This document shows, piece after piece, positions 1-8,123 of a stretch of 64,000 nucleotides of DNA. How positions within the stretch are numbered: position 1 is the stretch's first letter; each line of letters opens with the position of its first letter. The position numbers were made by a program, and so were the translations under genes. Location of the stretch: assembly GCA_947383215.1 (NCBI GenBank), contig CANDCP010000002.1:7568-71567 (forward strand), in the 5' to 3' direction. The notes below the pieces were generated by a model that ran no database searches, had not been told where the DNA came from, and worked only from the letters and a program-made list of their open reading frames with translations. The DNA is from an uncultured Roseburia sp. (GTDB lineage Bacteria; Bacillota; Clostridia; Lachnospirales; Lachnospiraceae).

Positions 1-48
1 AAGTGTTATTGGTGAAACACCTGTAACAGAACTGAAATCTTTATTAGT

Positions 49-70
49 AAACCAATAGTCTGCTTTCAGG
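49..70. repeat. Left arm of the inverted repeat bracketing the small Cys-rich gene
   Basis: aaaccaat-ag-tctgctttcagg. Its reverse complement matches 414-433 (12 + 8 bp paired, 2-nt bulge). Confidence 0.8.
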
Positions 71-91
71 CGAAGAGAAAGGAGAAGAATT

Positions 92-370
92 ATGAATAAA
101 TTAATGAAAAAAGGTGTAATTACAACGATGGCGGCGGCAATGTTTTTTGGTCTCTTTGGCGGAGTTGTGCGAGTGAGTGCGTGCAATTCCAATTGGCATG
201 AGGTCGCCACATTAAAAAATTATTGTTCAACACCGATTTGCAATTATGCTGCCGGAGGCCTTCCTTATAGATATAAGGATATAAAATATGAAAGAAATTG
301 TGTTACGGATATGACAGGGGAAGCTTACAAAGAATACAAAACGGAAACAATAAATAGCGGATGCTGTTAA
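92..370 (+). CDS. Small secreted or lipidated cysteine-rich protein (92 aa), family unknown
   Basis: ATG with a ggag RBS 7 nt upstream. The K-rich plus hydrophobic signal ends in RVSA|C, which fits both AXA cleavage and a V-S-A-C lipobox. The mature part is about 61 aa with 6 Cys, including a C-terminal CC. The gene is visibly more AT-rich than its neighbours. Confidence 0.6.
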   Translation: MNKLMKKGVITTMAAAMFFGLFGGVVRVSACNSNWHEVATLKNYCSTPICNYAAGGLPYRYKDIKYERNCVTDMTGEAYKEYKTETINSGCC

Positions 371-413
371 AGAAGAAATGGAATCTTAATAGGGTTTGAT
401 TTTGGTATATTAA

Positions 414-433
414 CCTGAAAGCAGAATTGGTTT
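414..433. repeat. Right arm of the inverted repeat bracketing the small Cys-rich gene
   Basis: cctgaaagcaga-attggttt, the reverse complement of 49-70, followed by a T-rich run (ttgtt). Confidence 0.8.
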
Positions 434-457
434 TTGTTAGGGAGAGGAGCATAAGCT

Positions 458-1405
458 ATGATAAGAAAAAAGTTTTTGATTGTACTTTTGTCGTTTTGTG
501 TTTTTTGCAATTGTGCGTGCGGGCAGGAGAGGCCCAAGCAGGGATGGCAGTACGAGCCTGAGGTGATTCCGGATGCTCCGGAGACGGGGTATCAGATCGA
601 GGAGTGCACGTTAGAGGATATGGAGCAGCCGGCGGGCATTTGCCGGTTTCAGGATAAAATTGTGGTCAGCGATAAAGAAAAGCACTGCCTGTTTGTATTA
701 AATCCGGACGGAGAGTTGTTGAAATGTATCGGCGCCTTAGGAGGCGGGCAAGTAGAATTTATGCAGCCGACAGGTTTGACGGTGCATGACGGCAGACTCT
801 ATGTATTGGACGCAGGAAATGACAGGATACAGATATTGGATGGAGATTTTCAGTTTGTGGAGTCCATTACGCTCGGAGCCTTGGTGCATAAGCAGGGAGA
901 CCATTTTTATATTGATATCGCGGTCGATGAGGACGGTATAATTTATGTAAGTACGGACAGCGCAGGGAGGCTGGATTCCTTCCTGTATGTTGTAGAGGAT
1001 GGAGAAGTAAGTCATTTGGAAACGCCGTTTGTAGGGTATCTGGAGGAATATAACGGCGAGGTGTATGCCGCGGATTCTATGGAATTGAATGAAGAGGACG
1101 GGGAAGAAATTGGGCAGTCGGGCAGCAACAGCTTATATAAGATAAAAAATAAGAAGATGGAGAAAATCAGTCAGCTTCCCAATAAGATGACGCCAAATGA
1201 TTTTTGTAATGTAAAAGGAGAATTTTTTATGCTTTCCGCCGCATGGGGCACGCTTGTTAGAATGGACAAAGACGGAGAAAATGCGGAGTCTGTCTTAAAA
1301 TTAGAAAACGCGAACATGGGAATGTATCTGGCATATATTGAGGAAAAAGATGTATTTTATTTATCCGATCTAAGCGACAAAAAGCTGTACAGGATTTATA
1401 AATGA
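458..1405 (+). CDS. NHL-repeat-like beta-propeller protein with an N-terminal signal/anchor
   Basis: RBS ggagaggag. The N-terminus MIRKKFLIVLLSFCVFCNCAC is hydrophobic and Cys-rich. Blade-like motifs recur: GRLYVLDAGNDRIQILD, KIVVSDKEKHCLFVLNPDGELL, IIYVSTDSAGRL, VFYLSDLSDKKLYRI. Confidence 0.7.
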   Translation: MIRKKFLIVLLSFCVFCNCACGQERPKQGWQYEPEVIPDAPETGYQIEECTLEDMEQPAGICRFQDKIVVSDKEKHCLFVLNPDGELLKCIGALGGGQVEFMQPTGLTVHDGRLYVLDAGNDRIQILDGDFQFVESITLGALVHKQGDHFYIDIAVDEDGIIYVSTDSAGRLDSFLYVVEDGEVSHLETPFVGYLEEYNGEVYAADSMELNEEDGEEIGQSGSNSLYKIKNKKMEKISQLPNKMTPNDFCNVKGEFFMLSAAWGTLVRMDKDGENAESVLKLENANMGMYLAYIEEKDVFYLSDLSDKKLYRIYK

Positions 1406-1418
1406 GGAGGATAAGTTT

Positions 1419-2528
1419 ATGTTTATCCTAAAAAACGTATGGAACAGGATCATGTATCGTAAGGGAATCAGTTTTGTCCTGATTTTCTCAATTGCAGCCG
1501 GCTTTTTATGCCCGATTTATGTTCTCGGTGAAATTCATTTATTAAATGCGTTATACAGGGACAACCTTTATCCGAACGTTTCCGGGATATTGGCCGTCGG
1601 CTGTTTTAACAGTAGTATAGACAGCGGAATGGAAAAGGATATTTTAGAAAATACAGGGGCGGATAAAATTGCGTATGAATGTGTCTGCCAGGTTACGGCG
1701 GGCTGGAAGGAGGATTTGATTTCTTCCGTGGGAGGCGTGTCGCCGGTTTTCTTTCAAGTTACTCCGTATCTTCTGACAGAGGGAAGGATGTTTGCAGATG
1801 AGGATTTTAAAACGGACAAAAATATTTGTATATTAAAGGAAAGCTCCAGGCTTGCGTTAATGGGAGCGGGAGCAGGAGATTATGTAACCCTGAAGGGACG
1901 GAAATATCTTGTGGCAGGGGTTGTACGGGCTACCAGGGTGTATGCGGATGTCATTCTTCCTTATTGTGAGATGGACGGCATTATGGGTGGAAGAAGTATG
2001 CAGCACCGCATTTTGTTTATGCCGCTTACGCGGCTTGAGACGGGAGCATTAAAGGGACAGCTGGCGAAAAGCGGCATAGAAGACGTGTATTCCGTTATGA
2101 GCGTGGAAGAGGAAGAGCGTGAAGTGATGGCGCCAAGCTATCGGGAAAATCATAAAAAGTGGCTGGCGGTCGGGAGCGCGGTATTTGTTTTCGCCGCGCT
2201 TGGCGTATGGATTATAACATTGGGGAAGGCGTCGGGGGAGCGGCAGTTATACGGCATACAAAAAGCCCTGGGGGCGACCGACGGGCGGCTTTTTATGGAA
2301 GGGATTCTGCAAAATATAGCGCTTGTGGCGTGTGCTTTCGGGCTTGACGGAGCTATTCTCGCGCTGCCGATAGAAAAGATCCTGCCCTTTAAAGTGGAAT
2401 ACGGGCTTACTGTTTTTGGGCAGATATTGGGTATGGGCGTCGCGCTTGTCCTCTTTATGAGCAGCGTTTCTTTTCTTAAAATGAAAAAGGAGATCAGAGA
2501 GCTGATAGAAGGGGAGGTAGATTGGTGA
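1419..2528 (+). CDS. ABC transporter permease, FtsX/MacB-type
   Basis: RBS gaggagg. One N-terminal TM helix, a large extracytoplasmic domain and a C-terminal FtsX-like TM bundle (LYGIQKALGATDGRLFMEGILQN). Confidence 0.8.
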   Translation: MFILKNVWNRIMYRKGISFVLIFSIAAGFLCPIYVLGEIHLLNALYRDNLYPNVSGILAVGCFNSSIDSGMEKDILENTGADKIAYECVCQVTAGWKEDLISSVGGVSPVFFQVTPYLLTEGRMFADEDFKTDKNICILKESSRLALMGAGAGDYVTLKGRKYLVAGVVRATRVYADVILPYCEMDGIMGGRSMQHRILFMPLTRLETGALKGQLAKSGIEDVYSVMSVEEEEREVMAPSYRENHKKWLAVGSAVFVFAALGVWIITLGKASGERQLYGIQKALGATDGRLFMEGILQNIALVACAFGLDGAILALPIEKILPFKVEYGLTVFGQILGMGVALVLFMSSVSFLKMKKEIRELIEGEVDW

Positions 2529-3784
2529 GATATTTGTTATATCGCGTTTGGAAACAGCTGTGGAGTAACCGGAAAATTTATTGGCTGATTATCTTTGAGA
2601 TGGCCGTAGGAATATTCGTTTTGGTAACCTGCCTGAACCTTACGTTTACAAATCGGGAAGTGCTAGCGCGTTACAGGCAGGAGATGGCGGAGGGGATGAT
2701 ACCGATCCAATGGGAAGAAGGAGAGCCTGATAGGGAAGAGGAATATGAAAATGCATCCTGTCTGGCCATAGATTACGGTGGATATCTGCAATTGGAGCGG
2801 GAATATGAAAAGGAGCTGAATCTGTATTATACGGTTGTGGCCTTGGATACCTGTTTTTTTGAAGGGGAACAGGGAGAACTGTCAACGGCGGAAGTATGGT
2901 ATCTTTTTATGAATGACAATATGTTTGAGAAATGCTTTGGGTTTGCGAGGGAAAACGATCAGGCATATGCGGGAAGAAGGGCGTACAAATCGCTGAATAA
3001 AATGGGCGCGGCCGGGGAGGGGAACGTTAAGGCAGTCGTGCGTAGTTCGAATGAATTTCTGGCGAGGCAGGGAAAAATATGGTTTTCAGAAGGCTGCGGC
3101 GTAGAATACAAAGAGATACCGGCGGGAGAAAAAACAGAGTATATAAATCGGACGTCCGGAATCACAGAGCAGATACCTGTGGAGGACTGCGTTATCTGCC
3201 CGATTAGCCTTGCCGATGATTTTCATGTCCGAAAAGGGGCGGAAGACGTTATATTTATGGTACAATACAAAGGCGCCGACGAGCGGCCGGCTCTGTTTGA
3301 GGAGCTGTGCCAAAAAATAGAGGGTATGCAAGGGGGAAAATATATCGTTTATGTTTCGGACGAATACTTAAAAATGGAAAAGAGGGCGAAAGAGCAGGAT
3401 AATTTAGTTCGGATGTTTCTTGCCGTGTCGTTTGTTACGCTTGCCATTGTCACGGTAAGCATGATAGGAATCTTATTGATCGTGCTGCAGAAAAGGAAAA
3501 AAACGGCGGCCGTATCCTTTGCTTTTGGCGCCACTAAGATTAGAAACTTTATGGAGTTATTTGCGGAGGTGTTTTTGCTCTTTTTCACAGGCGCAGGTTT
3601 TGGGGTGTTGGTTTCGGCTGCCGCGTCCTTTGGTCTTTCCGGCGTTGCGACAGAAATTGGCTTTTATCCGGTCTGCCTGTTATATGTACTTGCATTCTGT
3701 CTGGTTACGTCGTCGGCGTGCTGTCTGATCGCGTTAGCCGGGGTAAAAAACAGGGAGCCGATAAAGGTCTTAAAGGAGTTGTAG
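2525..3784 (+). CDS. ABC transporter permease, FtsX/MacB-type (second copy)
   Basis: The GTG start overlaps the upstream stop (GTGA), with a ggggagg RBS. It has the same architecture: an N-terminal TM, a roughly 250-aa loop domain and a C-terminal FtsX-like segment (AAVSFAFGATKIRNFMELFAEVF). The ORF track starts 3 nt earlier, at a TTG. Confidence 0.75.
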   Translation: MRYLLYRVWKQLWSNRKIYWLIIFEMAVGIFVLVTCLNLTFTNREVLARYRQEMAEGMIPIQWEEGEPDREEEYENASCLAIDYGGYLQLEREYEKELNLYYTVVALDTCFFEGEQGELSTAEVWYLFMNDNMFEKCFGFARENDQAYAGRRAYKSLNKMGAAGEGNVKAVVRSSNEFLARQGKIWFSEGCGVEYKEIPAGEKTEYINRTSGITEQIPVEDCVICPISLADDFHVRKGAEDVIFMVQYKGADERPALFEELCQKIEGMQGGKYIVYVSDEYLKMEKRAKEQDNLVRMFLAVSFVTLAIVTVSMIGILLIVLQKRKKTAAVSFAFGATKIRNFMELFAEVFLLFFTGAGFGVLVSAAASFGLSGVATEIGFYPVCLLYVLAFCLVTSSACCLIALAGVKNREPIKVLKEL

Positions 3785-3790
3785 AATAAT

Positions 3791-4456
3791 ATGAAGATTA
3801 TCGCAATAAAAAATTTGATGAAAACATATCAGACCGGCGGTGCAAAAAATGAAGTTTTAAAAAACGTATGCCTGGAAGCGGAAAAAGGAGAATTTGTAGC
3901 CATTATGGGGCGTTCGGGATGCGGGAAGAGCACGCTGTTAAATATTATGGGCGGGATGGACAAAGCGGATGGCGGAAGTTATCTGTTTCATGGGGAACGG
4001 GTATCCGATTTTAACAGAAGGCAGCTGGCGCATTTCCGCAATAAGAACGTAGGTTTTGTGTTTCAGGCCTTCCATCTGCTTCCGGAATTTAACGTTATGG
4101 ATAACATATCGCTGCCTCTGGGATATGCCGGAGAAAAAGCGGCGCAGCGGAAGCAAAGGGCGAAACAGCTGCTGGAAATGGTTGGACTTGCAGGAAGGGA
4201 AAGGGACAAAGTATTTCAGCTGTCAGGCGGCGAGCGGCAGCGCGTAGCCATTGCGAGGGCTATTTCAAATCGACCGGAGGTTATTTTGGCGGATGAGCCC
4301 ACCGGAAGCCTGGACGAAGAAAACGGGGCAAAGATCATGCAGTTGCTGAAAAAACTGAACGGGCAGGGGGCGACGATTGTTATGGTGACGCATGATAAAA
4401 AGGTGGCCGGGTATGCCGACCGTGTTATTTATATGGAAAACGGAAATATAAAGTGA
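3791..4456 (+). CDS. ABC transporter ATP-binding protein, MacB/LolD-like
   Basis: Walker A GRSGCGKST, Q-loop FVFQ, signature LSGGERQRVAIARA, Walker B VILADEPTGSLD, H-loop VTHD. Confidence 0.95.
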   Translation: MKIIAIKNLMKTYQTGGAKNEVLKNVCLEAEKGEFVAIMGRSGCGKSTLLNIMGGMDKADGGSYLFHGERVSDFNRRQLAHFRNKNVGFVFQAFHLLPEFNVMDNISLPLGYAGEKAAQRKQRAKQLLEMVGLAGRERDKVFQLSGGERQRVAIARAISNRPEVILADEPTGSLDEENGAKIMQLLKKLNGQGATIVMVTHDKKVAGYADRVIYMENGNIK

Positions 4457-4569
4457 GGAAATTCATGAGAAGCAGGAATGAAAGGAAATAGGCGGACAAA
4501 AGAGAGCATAAAATATCGGGTTTTTCCGGATAAAAATGTTATGATTAAGAAAAAGATGAGGGGTGCGGC

Positions 4570-5424
4570 ATGGAGTGGATAAAAACTGTTGAAAATGCGA
4601 TCTCGTATATTGAGGAACATATTACCGAAGAGTTGACAGTTGGACGGATTGCCGACAATGTAAACATTTCTGCATTTTATTTTCAGAAAGGATTTTCTAT
4701 GTTATGCGGATACAGCGTGAGCGAGTACATCCGAAGGAGACGTTTATCGCTTGCCGGTGGAGAGCTGCTGTTATCGGATATTAAGGTAATTGATTTGGCA
4801 ATGAAATACGGTTATGATTCGCCCGATAGCTTTACGAAGGCTTTTATCCGTTTTCATGGGAGCACGCCGATGGCTGTGCGGCAAAACGGCGCGACATTAA
4901 AATCGTTTGCGCCGCTGCACATAAAATTAATTTTAGATGGAGGTACGATGATGGAGTACAGGATTGAAAAAAAGGCTGCATTTAAAGTAATGGGCGTGTC
5001 CAGAATGTTTTCTTATGAGACGGCAAACATGGAAATTCCGAAATATTGGGATGAGGTGCATCAGGGTGAGACAGAGAAGCTTGAGAGGGGCATGTATGGA
5101 ATCTGTTTTGATGAAAAAATGAATGGCGATCAATTTCGATATATGATAGCGGATGATCTGACGGAAGAGAACGCTTCGGAAAACGGCTTGGAAGAGTATG
5201 AGGTTTTGGCGCATACATGGGCCGTTTTCCCTTGTAAAGGCGCGATGCCGCAGGCTTTGCAGGAAGTCAATCGAAAGATTTTTTCCGAATGGCTTCCTTC
5301 CGGTAAATATGAGATCGTGGAGGGGTATAATATCGAGTATTACAGCGATCCGGCCAAGTTTAAGGGGGGTATGCAGGACGCGCAGTACTATGCGGAGATC
5401 TGGATTCCGGTAAAAGAGAAGTAA
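4570..5424 (+). CDS. AraC-family transcriptional regulator with a GyrI-like effector-binding domain
   Basis: N-terminal AraC double HTH (VGRIADNVNISAFYFQKGF ... YGYDSPDSFTKAFIRFHGSTP). The C-terminal half resembles GyrI/Rob-like ligand domains. Confidence 0.9.
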   Translation: MEWIKTVENAISYIEEHITEELTVGRIADNVNISAFYFQKGFSMLCGYSVSEYIRRRRLSLAGGELLLSDIKVIDLAMKYGYDSPDSFTKAFIRFHGSTPMAVRQNGATLKSFAPLHIKLILDGGTMMEYRIEKKAAFKVMGVSRMFSYETANMEIPKYWDEVHQGETEKLERGMYGICFDEKMNGDQFRYMIADDLTEENASENGLEEYEVLAHTWAVFPCKGAMPQALQEVNRKIFSEWLPSGKYEIVEGYNIEYYSDPAKFKGGMQDAQYYAEIWIPVKEK

Positions 5425-5566
5425 AAAGCAGAAATTTAAATAAGAGAGGAAAGGAGCCTTCAAGCCCGCAGGGGTTTGGGGGCTTTTATAAAAGTGGGGA
5501 AAGATTAGTAGATTATACGGGAAGTTTATGGTAAAATAGGGGACGAGATTGGAACAGGAGGATATT

Positions 5567-7483
5567 ATGGGAAAAGAAGATTACAAAAAAGCGCTTAAAT
5601 TAGGGAAAAAAGATTATCAAATGAGGCTGCTGCGGGGGGAGAGACCGATTCTGCAGGTTCTGGATGATATTTTGCCGGAGAGAGGATCCTACTCTGAGGT
5701 GCCGATTGGGCGGGTGCAGATTCCCATAGAGCAGATTGAAGGGACAAAGACTGTTGCGCGAAGCAGTTCGTTTGCGGGAAATTTTATGCCGATACTGCGG
5801 GAGGATACAGAATTTGCTTCAAAATGGATAAAGCTGCTGGACTCTCATGTGGAAGAGGGGATCCGTGATCCGATCAAAGTTTATGAATATCTGTATAAGT
5901 TTTATGTGATAGAGGGGAATAAGCGCGTAAGCGTAATGAAATACACCGGGGCTGTTTCGGTTCTGGGCGATGTGATTCGGATTGTGCCAAAGCGCACCGA
6001 AGAAAAAGAAAATAAGATTTATTATGAATATCTGGATTTCTATCGTTTGGCGCCGATTAATTATATCTGGTTTACGCAGGAGGGCGGATATGCCAAACTG
6101 CAGGAAGCGGTTGGAAAAGAGCCGGATGAAAAGTGGACGGAGGAAGAGATATTAAAATTCAGTTCCATTTTTACGCGTTTTACCGCGGAGTATCAGGCGA
6201 AAGGCGGCGATAAGCTGGATATTTCGACAGGCGACGCGTTTTTGGCGTTTATAACGCTGTACGGATACGATGTGATAGACGAAAAGACGACCAGTGAGAT
6301 GCAGGAGCTGATTGCGAAAAGCTGGGAAGAGTTTGAGCTTTTGGGGGAGGATTCGGAGATTGATCTAAAGATGAAGCCGAGTCAGAAAAAGAAGTCGCCG
6401 CTTAGCATTTTGCATCTTCCGGCACAGGGGCCGCGAAAGTTAAATATAGCGTTTGTCTATGAGAAAACGCCGGGGACTTCTGCCTGGACATACGCGCATG
6501 AGCTCGGCCGGCTTCATCTTGAACAGACGTTTCCGGAAGAAGTACATACGGTTTGTTATGAGAACGGAACGCAGGAAAATATCGACTCCCTGCTTGAAGA
6601 TGCCGTAAATTCGGGCTGCGACATGATCTTTACGACGACGCCGGCGTTCGTACAGGCCAGTGTGAAAGCGGCGATTGCCAATCCGAAGGTTCGGATCTTA
6701 AATTGTTCCCTGAATACGTCGCACCGGTATATTCGGACGTATTATTCCAGGATGTATGAGGCTAAATTTCTGATGGGGGCGATTGCCGGGGCAATGGCCG
6801 AGAACAATAAGCTGACTTATATTGCGGATTACCCGATTTACGGTTCTATTGCAAATATCAACGCTTTTGCGCTTGGCGCAAAGATGATAAATCCGAGGGC
6901 GAAGGTTTATCTCGAATGGTCCGCGAAGAAAGAGACGGATATAGAAGAGAGTATCCGGGAGACGGGGTCTTCCTGTATTTCAGGGAGAGATATGGTAATT
7001 CCGGAGGAGGCTTCCCGTTTTTTCGGTATTTATCATATTGATGAAGGCGGCCTGAGGAATTTTGGTATGCCGCTTTGGCATTGGGGAAAGTTCTACGAGC
7101 AGTTAATCTGCGCGATTATGGACGGAACCTGGAGGTACGACGACGACCCCTCTACGATGAAGGCCATCAATTACTGGTGGGGGATGTCGGAGGGCGTGAT
7201 TGACGTGGTATTTTCCAAATATCTGCCGATCGGGCAGAAGCGTCTGGCGGGGCTTTTAAAAACGGCCATCAGTACAGAAGTATTTAATCCGTTTTCGGGT
7301 ATACTATATTCTCAGACGGGCGTAGTATCGGACGATCCGGGCCGGATTCTTACTTCCGAAGAAATTATGACGATGGACTGGCTTGCGGAGAATGTAATCG
7401 GGAGCATTCCGGATAAAGAAGAATTAAAAGAGCAGGCGGAGCCTGTGATCAAGCAGCAGGGAGTAAAGAAAAACGAGGGTTAA
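5567..7483 (+). CDS. Cytoplasmic ParB/Srx-like N-terminal domain fused to a BMP (PnrA/Med-like) ligand-binding domain
   Basis: ATG with an aggagg RBS; the track ORF begins 18 nt earlier at a TTG. The N-terminal part carries DPIKVYEY..KFYVIEGNKRVSVMKY, typical of ParB-like folds. The C-terminal part carries LNIAFVYEKTPGTSAWTYAHELGR ... GCDMIFTTTPAFV, typical of BMP-family binding proteins. No signal peptide is present. Confidence 0.7.
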   Translation: MGKEDYKKALKLGKKDYQMRLLRGERPILQVLDDILPERGSYSEVPIGRVQIPIEQIEGTKTVARSSSFAGNFMPILREDTEFASKWIKLLDSHVEEGIRDPIKVYEYLYKFYVIEGNKRVSVMKYTGAVSVLGDVIRIVPKRTEEKENKIYYEYLDFYRLAPINYIWFTQEGGYAKLQEAVGKEPDEKWTEEEILKFSSIFTRFTAEYQAKGGDKLDISTGDAFLAFITLYGYDVIDEKTTSEMQELIAKSWEEFELLGEDSEIDLKMKPSQKKKSPLSILHLPAQGPRKLNIAFVYEKTPGTSAWTYAHELGRLHLEQTFPEEVHTVCYENGTQENIDSLLEDAVNSGCDMIFTTTPAFVQASVKAAIANPKVRILNCSLNTSHRYIRTYYSRMYEAKFLMGAIAGAMAENNKLTYIADYPIYGSIANINAFALGAKMINPRAKVYLEWSAKKETDIEESIRETGSSCISGRDMVIPEEASRFFGIYHIDEGGLRNFGMPLWHWGKFYEQLICAIMDGTWRYDDDPSTMKAINYWWGMSEGVIDVVFSKYLPIGQKRLAGLLKTAISTEVFNPFSGILYSQTGVVSDDPGRILTSEEIMTMDWLAENVIGSIPDKEELKEQAEPVIKQQGVKKNEG

Positions 7484-7491
7484 TTTATACG

Positions 7492-8115
7492 ATGAAAATA
7501 TTGGCTATTTCGGATGAAGAATCGAAATATTTGTGGGAATATTTTGATAAGAGTAAGCTTAAAGATATTGATCTGATTATTTCCTGCGGGGATTTGGATC
7601 CTCATTACCTGTCGTTTCTGGTAACGCTTTCTTCCGCGCCGGTGTTATACGTGCATGGAAATCACGACGATAAGTATGAAAAGTTTCCGCCGGAAGGGTG
7701 CGTCTGCATTGAGGATAAAATTTACGTCCACAAGGGGGTGCGGATTCTTGGGCTTGGAGGATCCATGCGTTATAGCTCGGGGGTACACCAGTATACCGAG
7801 TGGCAGATGAAGCAGAGGGCGGCAAAATTGCAGTTTCAGTTGTTCCGAAAACGCGGATTTGACATCCTGGTGACACATGCGCCCGCCTATCAGTTGAATG
7901 ACGGGCGGGATCTGCCTCACCAGGGATTTCAGGTGTTTCGTACATTGATGGAGAAATACCGTCCGAAATTTTTTCTGCACGGACATATACATCTGACTTA
8001 CGGAAGCGGCTGTAAGCGCTATGATAAGTATCAGGACACACATGTGATCAATGTATATGAGAAGTGCATATTTGAATTTGAGGACGAAAATCCGCAGAAT
8101 TCTCTGTTGTGCTGA
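7492..8115 (+). CDS. Metallophosphoesterase (calcineurin-like)
   Basis: Motifs GDLD, GNHD and HGHIH in the canonical order. The gene starts 8 nt after the upstream stop. Confidence 0.85.
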   Translation: MKILAISDEESKYLWEYFDKSKLKDIDLIISCGDLDPHYLSFLVTLSSAPVLYVHGNHDDKYEKFPPEGCVCIEDKIYVHKGVRILGLGGSMRYSSGVHQYTEWQMKQRAAKLQFQLFRKRGFDILVTHAPAYQLNDGRDLPHQGFQVFRTLMEKYRPKFFLHGHIHLTYGSGCKRYDKYQDTHVINVYEKCIFEFEDENPQNSLLC

Positions 8116-8123
8116 GGGTTGCC

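Noticed and set aside
5461-5487. A possible terminator hairpin after the AraC-family gene (caagccc gcag ggggtttg, or aagccc...gggctt).
   Set aside because: The competing stems are short, and the T-run is not immediately adjacent to the better stem. It is too ambiguous to list as a feature.
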